The notes under the pieces are model-generated. The model ran no database searches, had not been told where the DNA came from, and worked only from the letters and a program-made list of their open reading frames with translations. This document shows positions 22,649-33,841 of a stretch of 64,000 nt of DNA, in pieces. This DNA is from Saprolegnia diclina VS20. Taxonomy: Eukaryota. Positions within the stretch are counted from its first letter, which is position 1. Each line of letters begins with the position of its first letter. The DNA lies in the NCBI RefSeq assembly GCF_000281045.1, contig NW_008246103.1, positions 212,582-276,581 on the forward strand, given 5' to 3'. A program made the position numbers and the translations under genes.

Positions 22649-22882
22649 ATCGAAGTGTCTCTTTGCATATACGAGGCAGCGTCGTGGGTCGTGCTGCACT
22701 TGATTTGGTTATTAGTACTTGTACATTCTACTTGTGTACAAGTACACATTTGTCGTCGTTAATTCGTCGACTCGCATTGTGTTAGCGTTGGGTGTCGGCT
22801 AGGAAAACGCTCCAAGTACGGCCAATCCCGCACGGTTCAACCCATCATTTAGACCAATCACAGACTGGCTAGCGCCGACAAA

Positions 22883-24289
22883 ATGGCAATGACCAAGCGC
22901 ATCAAGCCGATGGCGCCCGGGCTCGCGCTGCCGCAGCACCTCGTCGAGACGATCATGTGCTACCTCGACACGGCCACCGCCTTCTTCTCGGCGCTGCGGA
23001 CGCTGCCTCGCGCTGGCAAGAGCCCGTTCCTCGTAGCACTGGAAGAGCTCACGGCCGAGGTCCCGCCGTGGATGCTATGGCCCATCCTTGACGTCGGGTG
23101 CGCGGCCGAGGCGTCGATTGGCCACGAAGCGCTCTTCGCGCGCGTGCTCCAGAGCCATCCGTACGTGCTCATGAACGACGGCGAGCCAGAAAAGTACCTG
23201 CCACTGGTCTCGCCCAGTGCGGACGTCGTACTCCCCGACTACAACAACAGCGTCGCCACCCTTGCGCCGTCGTCATTGGCGCGCGTGACCAACTTTCAAA
23301 TCAACTTGGTGTCGCTGCGCACAGTGGCGACGTACGTTGCGCACGCGCCGCGTCTGCGCGCCATGAGCCTCACGGGGACGCTCAATGCGCTAACCGACGA
23401 CGAGTCGGCGCTCGATCATTTGTTTGCCTGTACCAAAGCGACGCTGCGCCGGATGGAGCTGATACTGTACTGTGACTCGATCCAGCGCCGTCACGCTGCC
23501 ATCGAGGCGCTGGCCCACGTGCTGGCGACCTTTCCTGTCGAGACGCTGTACATACACAATCTGTCGGTGTCGGTGACCGAGGCCAAAATGCTCTATGACG
23601 CCATGCGCGCGTCGCCACGCCTCCAACGTCTTTACTTTATCGCGAGCGCGCAGCTGGCTCGGTACGTCACCGCGTGGGCGACACCACAGACGTGCTTGCG
23701 CTACCATGCCCACGACGCAGCGTGCGTCGTCTCGACGAAATCTGCCTTGTCGTCGGTGACGACCTGGACCATCGACGGCGAATGGAGCGAGATCAAGGCC
23801 GCCGTTTTGACGCTAAGGACCATGCAGCACGTCCGTGAGCTGCATGTCATGGTCCTACCGGGGCCGGTTCATCCCACCGAGTACAAAAAGTTGCTCGAAG
23901 TCATCGAGGCGCTGCCGCTGCGCAAGCTGAGTCTACTGGGCTTCGAGTGCCTCACGACACCGGCGATCAAAGAGCTAATGGCATGTCTGCGCCGTCAAGG
24001 CACTCTGCGGTCCTTGCACCTCATCCAGTCCAGTCTCTCAGCGGATGCGCTGGCGACGCTCGCAGCAACCGTCCCGATGCTTGGCCACATCAAGCACATG
24101 GACTTGAGCGACAACGACTTCAGCGACGACCAAGTCCCGAGCCTCCAGGTGCTGCTATCTCATCTTGCGCATCTCAACTTGCATGGGACCAAGCTCTCGA
24201 GTAGCGCCACCGAGCGCTTGAAGCGATATGCGCTCGACGTCTTGTGCCACTTGTCGATCGACAACGGCGACATCAACGAGGAATACTAA
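22883..24289 (+). CDS. F-box-like + RNI-type leucine-rich repeat protein, tandem paralog 3
   Basis: LPQHLVETIMCYLD; MDLSDNDFSD and LNLHGTKLS; 468-aa intronless ORF; CCAAT sites upstream (~22822, ~22854). Confidence 0.8.
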   Translation: MAMTKRIKPMAPGLALPQHLVETIMCYLDTATAFFSALRTLPRAGKSPFLVALEELTAEVPPWMLWPILDVGCAAEASIGHEALFARVLQSHPYVLMNDGEPEKYLPLVSPSADVVLPDYNNSVATLAPSSLARVTNFQINLVSLRTVATYVAHAPRLRAMSLTGTLNALTDDESALDHLFACTKATLRRMELILYCDSIQRRHAAIEALAHVLATFPVETLYIHNLSVSVTEAKMLYDAMRASPRLQRLYFIASAQLARYVTAWATPQTCLRYHAHDAACVVSTKSALSSVTTWTIDGEWSEIKAAVLTLRTMQHVRELHVMVLPGPVHPTEYKKLLEVIEALPLRKLSLLGFECLTTPAIKELMACLRRQGTLRSLHLIQSSLSADALATLAATVPMLGHIKHMDLSDNDFSDDQVPSLQVLLSHLAHLNLHGTKLSSSATERLKRYALDVLCHLSIDNGDINEEY

Positions 24290-24340
24290 GTAGCACGATA
24301 TCGCTTGCTCGATTTGTGCTACAACGAGAGAACAAGCAAG

Positions 24341-26323
24341 CTACTGGATGAGCCGAGTGGGCTGGGCATTGTGCGAAGGACGAAACACGGGCTGCGTGGC
24401 CGCTTCGCTCTCCCAGCGCAGCATGACAAACATGGCCTCCATGCCGGCCTTGCTCTTGACGGTTTGGTCCACGTCTTGGTAGCCGACAAACTCGACGTCG
24501 ATGCCGGGCTCGGTCCGCGAGACCGAAAACTTCCACGCACACGCCTCTTGGGGACGCATCGAGGCGGTGATCTGGCGCACTAGTTGAGCAATCAGCCAAT
24601 AAAATCGTATGACGACAATGGGACCTACTCGGGGGCGTCATCGCGTACGACTTCATGCCGACGAGGTAGTGCTGCTCGTCGACAAAGATGCGAAAGACGA
24701 CCGCGCAGAACGTCACGTTGCGTGCGCCGACCGACTCGAAGATGCGGACGATCGCAATGTCTTCGCTGACGTATTTGAGCACCTACTCCAATGTATCAAT
24801 TTTGTATCAACCTTGCGCAATCGCGTTACCTCGAGCTCTTTCCAGTCCGGGTACACGCGGCGGGATTTGTCGCGGTTGGAGAGAATCCCCCACGTCTTGT
24901 CGACAAAGTCCCGAAGGACGCCGTCGCGCATCAACTTGTGCGTCGAGAAGCACATGGTGCGATCGCCGTCTTCCCAAAAGTCGGACGTCCACCCCATCGC
25001 CGACGCATTCACGGGCTCTACCATACCATATTACCGTAAATTCCGGAAAAGACGGTACTACCTTGGGCCGACGTTGGCGGCTTCCAGTTGTTGAGCTCCT
25101 GGAACCCAGTGCGCACGATTTCATGGACCCACTCCACGTCGCCGTGTTTGATCCAGCTCCAGTCAAAGCTTTGCGCGGGCGTCGCTGCCATCATACTACC
25201 GGTGAACCCGCCCGTCAGCGTGTTGAGGACCGGTCCGCCCGAGCCCTAAACATGGCTCGTCGATGGTGGATACACTACATGGACTGTACCGAGAGTGCTT
25301 GGATGCCTTGCTGGAGCGACCGCGCAAACTCCTCGTGGTGCTTGAGTCGCGCCTTGAGGTCCTTGTACTCGGCCTTGAGCGTCTCGACAACCTTTTTCTG
25401 GTCCTTGAACGACTGCTCGAGGTCGTGGTCCGACATGGCCGCCATGGGGTGGGCGTCGCCATCGCCCGACGTATGCGAGCCTTCCATGATCTGCACTTGC
25501 TGCTTGAGCTCCTTGATGCGGTTGACAAGCATCGCTTCCTCTTCCTAGGACGCTCCCAAGTGAGCGACCATCGATGCGGAACGATGGACCTTGTGTTTGG
25601 CACGGCGGCGCCGAGACGCGTCACGCACTTGGCTCCGGCGCTTCTCCGACTTGGCGACGTTCTCTTCGCCCGACTCGTACGACGCCTCGGACGCGGCCTT
25701 GTGCGTGTTTGAGGACGGCGCGCTCGTGATGGCCATCGACGGCTCGAGCGGCCGAGGCAGCGGAATCGCGACTTGCGTTTGCAGCTGGTATGTGCTCGTG
25801 GGCGCCGGCTTTGGCGTCGTGTTGGCCTTGGGCGGCGTCGGGCGCTGAATTGGCGCCCGCGGCAGCTCGATCGACTCTACAGTTCGCTCGTTGTATCCAG
25901 TGCAATCGTCATACACGTACGCTGTGGTGGCGGTGGGTACATGGGCGCCGTGTAGTTCATACCGCCGTCATTCATCATGAAGTACGAGTTGATGCCAGTG
26001 TCCGGGCGCGCTGGTGGCATGTACGCCGGGTGGAATGTCGGGTCGATCGACGGAGGGCCCATGCCATGGTGGCTACCGCCGTGTGGCAGATGGTGTCCAT
26101 GGCCCATCATGGGCATCGCGTTGTAGTTGCCCGCGTTGTACGGGATCGGGTTCATCGCCATCGACATGTCGAGCATGCCCGAGCTCGGGTCCGGGTACGA
26201 GTAGCCCATGGCCATCGGGTTCGGGGGCATCGCGTGGTGCGCGGGCGGCGCTGCCGGCTGCATCGGGTGGCCGCGCCCGCCCGGCCGCTGGAGCAGGTAG
26301 TCGTACGGGTTGCCGTCGTTCAT
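24341..26323 (-). CDS. bZIP-like transcription factor: Pro/Met/His-rich N-terminus, basic region plus coiled coil, C-terminal globular (possibly START-like) domain; multi-exon
   Basis: Spliced frame (introns ~25877-25920, ~25545-25589 and further) gives KSEKRRSQVRDASRRRRAKHK/EEEAMLVNRIKELKQQV, a second coiled coil, then an alpha/beta-patterned region. Confidence 0.65.
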
Positions 26324-26507
26324 GCGCGCTGGTCACAACCTGCGAGCCGAGGTATTATTATCCAACGCGACAATAAAAATGGACGTATTATTTTAACTCG
26401 GTTCTGATATTGGCATACAAACACCGCATTGTATCGGACGCAATAAAATGTGTCGCACCACTGCCTGTGGTCCAGCACCGGAATATTCCATTGCATTCCG
26501 GAAATAT

Positions 26508-26519
26508 TATCCGGATACG
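26508..26519. promoter_or_regulatory. Candidate promoter motif TATCCGGATACG between the divergent bZIP-like and eIF2B-gamma genes
   Basis: One of eight TCCGGATAC sites, all located 5' of genes (see findings). Confidence 0.5.
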
Positions 26520-27175
26520 AGATCCGGCGTCTTTTGCCAGCGCGTTAAACGGCTTAAACGGCGGGTAAAGAGGTTAGTATGGTATCACGCATTGCAACCA
26601 CAACTCGAATCAAAGGAATATTCGCTTGCACGCAACGACGTCTCGGGACAGCCCATCCTCTTCACACGACGTTGTACGCTTCGGACGCCTTCGTTCCGGT
26701 CGCTGCCTTGGCTCTTGCATTGCGCATTCGCTCATGGTCACCGTTCGCGCAGTTCTTTGGGGATCAAAACTCAGTTGAACTATTCCCGAAGTGCAATAGG
26801 TAGCTGCGGCTTGCAGGTGGCGGTTTGTAGCTGAGGCTTGCTAGTCTGGTGCCCGCCGGTACGCCCCATCGGTCTTTGGTCGTCGACTCGACTCATTTCA
26901 CGACATAGTCGGGTGGGGCCGAGGCAGCTCGCGACTCCACCAAGCTGACATAGCGTGTACTCGCAGTCGACTGCAAGTAGTACGTCCGTGGTGCCTCTAC
27001 AATGATGCATGAGACGCACACACTTCACACACTACTGCACGTGTAATGATGGAATTGGCATCGTTGCGCATACGGCAACGTGTTGAAAATTCCGAAAAAT
27101 CGTTTACCGCAGTGGTCCTACGTTTTAACGCATATTGCGTTAAAGGACGTCGGCCAGAAAGTTTTATTGGTGTCC

Positions 27176-28126
27176 ATGGCCGAGTACCAAGCGGTGATCC
27201 TCGCCGGCGGCTCGGGCGTCCGCCTGTACCCGCTCACGGAAGAGACGCCCAAGCCGCTTCTGCTCGTCAACGGCAAGCCGCTCATCTACTACCAGCTCGC
27301 GCTGCTTGAGAACTCGGGCTTCTCGGACGTGCTCCTTGTGACCGCCAACGAGATGCTCGACAAAGTCCAGTCGTACGTCCTCGGGCAGTACGATGGCAAG
27401 ATCTCGGTGACCGTCGTCGCCGTCGAAGGCGAGGCCACCGAGACCGCCGACGCCCTCCGCGCGGTCGCCGACAAGATCCGGTCCGACTTTATCGTGCTCG
27501 CCGGTGACCTCATCACGGACTGCGTCTTGCACAACGTGGCCGACTTGCATCGTATCAACGACGCGACCGTGACGATGCTGCTCAAGCAAGAGGTCGTCGA
27601 GGCCCCGAGCAAGGGCAAGAGTAGCAAGGAGAAGCCGCGCCGCGACGAAGAGATGATCGACTGCATTGGCATGGTCGACGCCGAGAACCGCGTCGTGTTT
27701 GTGTCCCACTCGGTCTATGAGAACGACGACCTCGAGGTGCCCCGCGCGCTCCTGAAGCGCCGCCCGCGCATCAACATGCACACGGACCTCTACGACGCGC
27801 ACGTGTACATCTTTTCGCACTGGGTGCTCGACCTCTTGGCGGAGAAGAAGCACATTGCGAGCATCAAAGCCGACTTGATCCCGCACTTGGTGCGCCGCCA
27901 GTTCCGCGGCCGCCAAGCCCTTCCCGAGTCGGTCCGCGATCGCCTTGTGAGCAACCAGCACCTCGCGCAGGACCTCAGCGTCTCGGGCTCGACCAAGGAC
28001 GATGAAGACCTCCTCAAGGTCTACGCCCACGTGCTCCCGCCCAACGCCTACTGCGAGCGCGCCGATACAAAGGAAGCGTTCAACGCCATGGAGAAGGAGG
28101 TCAAGTCCAAGTGGCGACTCAAGTAA
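27176..28126 (+). CDS. EIF2B3: Translation initiation factor eIF2B subunit gamma (nucleotidyltransferase-like domain)
   Basis: EYQAVILAGGSGVRLYPL..TPKPLLLVNGKPLIYYQL, TADALR, DFIVLAGDLITD, TDLYDAHVYIF, SIKADLIPHLVRRQF. Confidence 0.85.
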   Translation: MAEYQAVILAGGSGVRLYPLTEETPKPLLLVNGKPLIYYQLALLENSGFSDVLLVTANEMLDKVQSYVLGQYDGKISVTVVAVEGEATETADALRAVADKIRSDFIVLAGDLITDCVLHNVADLHRINDATVTMLLKQEVVEAPSKGKSSKEKPRRDEEMIDCIGMVDAENRVVFVSHSVYENDDLEVPRALLKRRPRINMHTDLYDAHVYIFSHWVLDLLAEKKHIASIKADLIPHLVRRQFRGRQALPESVRDRLVSNQHLAQDLSVSGSTKDDEDLLKVYAHVLPPNAYCERADTKEAFNAMEKEVKSKWRLK

Positions 28127-28341
28127 TAATTCCAATCCCGCGATTGCTATGGACTTGCTCCTCTCTTGCTCTTGACGCGTCTGTCCTTTGTCCTTTGTAC
28201 GACAGGTAGCATCGCGGTCGTGGCAGCGACCACATTGCTCGCTGCCTCTCGTCCTCGCAGCGGCGACTACATGGAGGTCGAGTCCTCGATGATGGCGCCG
28301 CCTGTCCCGGCAAGCTGAGCGGTCAAAATCAGTTGGCCAGT

Positions 28342-31300
28342 ATGCAGCGGTTCCAAGCCGTGGTGGCGACCTTCGCCGCGTCCAGCCCGTCCGCGGCCGA
28401 CGACGTAGTGCGACCGCCCGCCATCGTCGGACCTTCCATCGTCGTCACGTTCCACGAGCTGCATGAGCTCGTCACCGACGTCGCCAGCGCGCTGGCCACC
28501 GCGGCCCTTCCGGTCGTCGCCCTCGCGCTGCCGTTGGGTGTGCCGCAAATCGCAGTCCTGTACGGCGCTACGATCACGCCTTCGACGCTCTTTGTACCAA
28601 TCGATGAGATGCAGTCCATCGTTCGGAATCGCAGCCTCTTGCGGGACGCTGCGGCCACGGGACTCGTGTGCACACCGACGTCGCCGCTGCTCGCTGCGCT
28701 TCGCTCTGAATTGGGCGGCGCCGTGGCCGTGCGGCTTTTGACCCACGCCCTCGGCGACGATATCGTGCTTGCGACGTGGCCGTCCGCCGACATGGCGCCG
28801 ACCTGGGCATGCGACCCCGATGCCATGTACGTCCTGTACACCTCGGGCAGCACCGGGCGCCCGAAAGGCGTCATCGGCTCGTACGCTGCCACGTGGCATC
28901 GACTCGATTGGATGTGGGCGACATTGCCGTTCGGACTGGGCGAACGCGTCCTGCGGCACACAACACTCACGTTCGTCGACGCCATCGCCGAGGTGTTTGG
29001 CACGCTCTGCGCTGGCGCGACGCTCGTCCTGCCCTCGTCGACGTCGGTATCCTTTGCGCCGCCGGTGGTGGCCGACCTCGCTGGCTTTGCCCTCTCACTA
29101 CGTCGCTTTTCTGTGACTCGAATGACGCTCGTGCCGAGCGTGCTGCAACTCCTCTTGCAAATGAACCTGCTACCGCCCTCTCTGCGCTGCGTGGCCGTGA
29201 GCGGCGAGCCACTGCACGCAGATCTGGTCGCGACGCTCTTTGCTACACTGCCATCGGTGCAGCTATTGCATCTCTACGGTATGCCCCACAAAGACGATGA
29301 AAGCGGTATCTCATCTGCATGCGTACGTAGGCAGCACCGAGGTCGCGGGCGATGCGACGTTTTGGCTCACAACAACGGCGGCGGCACCCGTGCCTGTGGG
29401 CACCGCCATCGGCGCGACCAAGCTACGGCTCGTCGATGCCTCCGGTGTTGAGATCACAAGCGACAAGACACGTGGTGAACTCTACATCGGTGGCCCGCCG
29501 CTCGCGCGAGGCTACGTCAACATGTACGCTTGTCGACGTCACGGTGTCAAGACGTGGGTATGACGGATGCGTAGGTCGGACAACGAGGCCCACCGCTTTT
29601 GCACTTTGCACGGCGAGCGCTGGTTCAAGACGGGCGACGTCGCGTACTTTGCTGAAGGTCTTTTGTACCTCTGTGGTCGCAACGACGGGTATGTCAAAGT
29701 GAGTGGTGTGCAGGTGCACGTACCCGCGATCGAGGTAAGCCCAAAGCAGATACACTCGAAGCATCATCTTTTGGGTGGTAGTCCTCAGCGCGAATGTACC
29801 TCGGACGACACCACCGGCGATGGAAGGTCGCCATCGCTCCGGTCGCTTCCTCAGAAAGCTGGCATCAGCTCGACACCGTCGTGCTCTGTGTCGGCATCGA
29901 CGACGAAGCTGTCGATACCGATGCGCTGCGCCACGCTGTCGAGAGAGCGCACCCACGAGTGGCCATGCACGTACTGAGAGTCCCCTATGCGCAGTTTCCA
30001 GAGACGTCGAGTGGCAAGGCCGATCCGTCTCAGATCCCAGCGCTGTTTGCGCAGCGGTCATTGCCGTCGTGGCTGCGCGCGCTGCTGCCAACGGGTGGCC
30101 TCGCTTCCACCGGTTATACGCCCAGCCTAGTGGACCCGTCACTGACGTTGACCGAGCTCGGCCTCAACTCGATGGCTATGGCCATCGTCCTCCACACACT
30201 CCAAACGCAGCACGAGACGACGCTGCGTCCGGTCGAGCTGGTACTTCTGCGTATATTGGTCAAGATCGTCATGCGGACGCAATATCGTAGGCCGACATGA
30301 CTGTCGCCGCACTGCAGTTGCTCGTGCAGCGCAAGCGACGTCGTGTCGTGTCGCCCGACGCATCAGCGATGAAGCGGGCGCGCGTGACGCTGCGGACCGA
30401 CGCCGTGCGATGGCAAGTGCCCGTCCGCAAGTGTATTGACGCGTCACCGCGCCTCGCTATGACGTCCACGGGCGAGTACATCGTTGTGGGGTCCCATGAC
30501 CACACCGTCCTCTGCACCACCGCCGACGGTCAAGTCGTTTGGCGCAAAGAGCTACCCGATCGTGTCGAGTCGAGCGCGGCCATGACAGCCGATCGGCTGG
30601 TCGTCGGCTGCTACGACGGCGGCGTCTACTGCCTCGAGATCCTCACCGGCAGCGTGCGTGTTGCCCTCGACTCTATCGACCAGTTTGCATGTCGCATCAT
30701 CTCTCTCTGTAGACGTTGTGGGTTTATTTCACGCAGGACCAAGTCAAGTGCTCGCCGGTCGTCGTCGAAGAGGAGAACGCGGTCGTTGTCGGCTCCCACG
30801 ACCACCATGTCTATGGCCTCGCACTCGACTCGGGCGCGTGTTTGTTTAAGTTGCCATTCACCAAGAGGTGCGACCGTCTATCGAGCCGACGATGACGCCA
30901 TCGCATCACGTAGTGTCTTTTCCAGCCCGGTGTACGCTGCCAAGGTGCTCTACTGCGCGTCTCTGGCCGGCGAGGTCCGCGCCTACGCATGGCCGTCACT
31001 GCGTATGCATGAGGCGCCCACGCCGCTGTGGCAACATACGGTGTGTGTGACTTCGAGGTTGATATATCGATACTTGTGTCTAGTGCACCGCCCCTGTATT
31101 TTGCAGCTTGCGCCTCGGTCGGTACCACGATCTGCTGCTTGTGGGGTGCGCCGACGCGTCTCTCTACGCGCTCTCGACGACCACAGGGACGCCTTTGTGG
31201 TCATATGCGACGACCAAAGTTCGTATCTTTGGTCGGCATCGGACGACTTGATACATTGATACTTTTGAACTAGCCCATCTTCAGCGCCCCAAGCGTTGCG

Positions 31301-31697
31301 ACGATGAGCGATGGAAGCGAAGCGGCTGTCTTTGGCTCCCACGATGGTGTCGTGCGCTGTGTCTCGATGGTCGACGGTACGTCGTTGTCGTCATGAGCTT
31401 CACGAACTGGTGAAGATAGGTACTTGCATTGCATCGGTCGACCTCGGATGCGCCGTTTACGCATCACCCGCGACCCTGCCCGACCGAACGACGCTGATGG
31501 CGTGTGTCTGCACGACCAACGGCCATGTCTACCTCTGGGAACCCGTGGTGTCATCGCGTGCGACACTGCTCTTCCATGGCGCTGGCGACATCTTCTCGTC
31601 GCCCCTAGCTCTCAAAGACGGCTGCATAGTCGTCGGTACGCGCGGCGACGTGCTGCTCGCGTTATCTCTGCCCGACAATCCGCATCGCAACGAATAA
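28342..31697 (+). CDS. AASDH: AASDH/ACSF4-like NRPS-like protein (adenylation - carrier - PQQ-type beta-propeller), multi-exon
   Basis: A-domain motifs YVLYTSGSTGRPKG, HLYG/STE, FKTGD, GRNDGYVKVSG. Carrier motif ELGLNSM. Propeller repeats CIDASP, VVGSHDH, RVESS, VGCYDG, IFSSP. Confidence 0.85.
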
Positions 31698-31773
31698 GAA
31701 ACACTATGGATCGTCAAAAACAGACAAGTTGTCTTTTGTCTATTGTCAGTATATCTCGCTAGCGCGGCTAAAC

Positions 31774-32605
31774 TTAGGCGACGGACGCGAGGAGGACCGG
31801 GAACACAAAGCGCATGGCGGCGGCCGAGAGGGCAAACTCGAGGAAGAACCCGATGACGCCGCCAGCGACAATGTCGCTCGGGTAGTGGCGGCCCAGCGCG
31901 AGGCGCGAGAAGCAAATGACAGTCGCCCAGAGAACCATGATTGTAGGCATCGCACGGACGCTCCACGCCCCGAGCATGTCTGTGAGGATGCGCGGGTAGT
32001 CTATGGCGGCTTAGACCACAGGACGACAAGAGGACGAACGTACAGTGGGCGAGGTACACGATGAGCGCGACGAGGCACCAAGACCGCGTTGCATGGCCCG
32101 ACGGGAACGAGTGCTGGTCGGGGCCGACGAAGCGGTCATCCGACTGGTGGTGCGGCGGGCGCTGGCGGCGGAAGATGAGCTTGAAGATGACGATGCACAC
32201 AATGTCAACCTAGCATTCGAACATGAGGCGGAGCGTGCATGTGGCCTGTACGAATTGGCAGAGGTAGAAGAAGTAGAGGAAGGCCTTTTGGCCGTTCGTG
32301 ATGGACGCCAGCATGCCGGCGAACGACGCGAGCGCGAGCAGCGGCAGCACGATGAGCAGCCACCTACAGCGCAGCATAGAGGGTTAGCGAGACTGCGCGC
32401 GGGCTAGCATAACGTACAGGATGCCATCGCCCGTGAGGCTAAAGAACTCCCAGAGCAGCCGCCACGCCTTGGAGTGGCCAAAGAGACCGTAGATGCGCAC
32501 GGCCAGCTGGAGGTCGACCTGGTAGAGACGCTGAGGCAGCGTCAGGTGGTTCTTGTTGCCCATGACGAGGTGCTTGCGCTCGCCTGCTTCTAGTTCCAAG
32601 CTCAT
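31774..32605 (-). CDS. PAP2-family lipid phosphate phosphatase (PLPP6/7-like), multi-exon
   Basis: Catalytic motifs C1 KLIFRRQRP, C2 SFPSGH, C3 SRLALGRHYPSD; hydrophobic helices. Confidence 0.88.
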
Positions 32606-32941
32606 GCTCAAGCGACTGCAAATGACGACGACGGACGGCCCCACCTGCTTGCTACAACCCGGCGATCGGCTACCGTCTGGTTCGGCGCTGATATCGGAAA
32701 AGCAGCCGCGTTCTTTTTCAGTTTTGCATTCTTTTAATCAAACTTTCCTTCTTTTATTCGAAAAAGGCCATTAAAAGACACTGCCACCCAGTATGCTGCC
32801 CCGTGCCGGTGTTGTAACATTTTGGTGGCCCGACCCAACGATGTTATAACACGAGAGGATCAACACTCCTGTCCGTAGCTTCAACACAACCTGACACTCC
32901 TGTCCGGGCTTGGACCCCGCACGTCGATAGAGGTACTCGCG

Positions 32942-33075
32942 GGGCTGCTTCAGTGGCTCGACAACTCACGCGGCCATATCGTCCGCAAGGGCAGTGTGCA
33001 CGCTGGCATCAAGTTTTCTCACAAACTCTACACGGTCAAAGACTCGTAATGCAACACGATTTGGTGAATGCGCCA
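32942..33075 (+). pseudogene. Orphan copy of the 3' end of the gene at 1-154 (GLLQWLDNSRGHIVRKGSVHAGIKFSHKLYTVKDS*) plus the start of its 3' flank
   Basis: Direct similarity to 41-~185. No homologous upstream sequence, in-frame stop at 32876-32878 and no ATG. Confidence 0.75.
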
Positions 33076-33384
33076 ACCAACAACGCGCAGTGTCCCTCCA
33101 CAGAGAGGAGCGAGGAGATGACACGACGGCGATCAATCCAGCAGAGAATTTGCAATCGATTTGGTGGTCGTAGTCGTCTTATCGAACCAGTGCGTGTGCC
33201 TCGTTGACAAGTACAGGATCCTTGTGGTTACACTTCTTTGCATGGCCGTGGTGATCGATCACGAGTTCGGTCCGCGTCCCTTCACTTGAGCGCTTACGAT
33301 AGAGTCCACACGTTCTGAGCTAGCTTTACTACCAAGGGTATAAGCATCACGTTGCTGTCGTGTGGCCGAGCAGCCATGCGGCGC

Positions 33385-33841
33385 GCACATATTATCCGAG
33401 CAATATTATCCGGATGAAAATGTGCACGCCACCGCTTCTCAGCAGCTTGTTGCGCAGATTTGGAGTTTGAAACGCAGTCGCATGTTTCGTTATATATACA
33501 TAGCTGGTGACGCAGGGAGCCCAAAAACCAAAGAATCGTGCTCGTAGCGTGGCTACAGCCTGTGCAATGCGCATTTCTGCGAAGTTGCTCGATGCTACAT
33601 TGATACATTGATAGATTGATACTAGATGCAGTATCAGTTTTCACCAACTGGAACGGCGCATTGCACAGACTGTAGGCACGCTACGAGCACGATTCTTTGG
33701 TTTTTGGGCTACCTGCGTCACCAGCTATGTATATATAACGAAACACGCGACTTCGATTCAAACTCCAAATCTGCGCAACAAACTGCTGAGCAGCGGTGGC
33801 TGCACATTTTATCCGGATAATATTGTCCGGATAAAATGTGC
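33385..33841. mobile_element. Foldback / MITE-like palindromic element, copy 2 (arms ~33385-33572 and ~33656-33841, spacer ~83 bp)
   Basis: Long inverted repeat homologous to 322-754, including the spacer. Its right terminus (33802-33841) is itself a 40-bp palindrome. Confidence 0.75.

Noticed and set aside
26545..26562. TTAAACGGC direct repeat (Myb/MSA-like AACGG)
   Set aside because: Two copies at a single locus, too little to support a call.
322..33841. CRISPR or other prokaryotic defence interpretation of the repeats
   Set aside because: No repeat-spacer array and no cas-like genes; the locus is spliced eukaryotic DNA.
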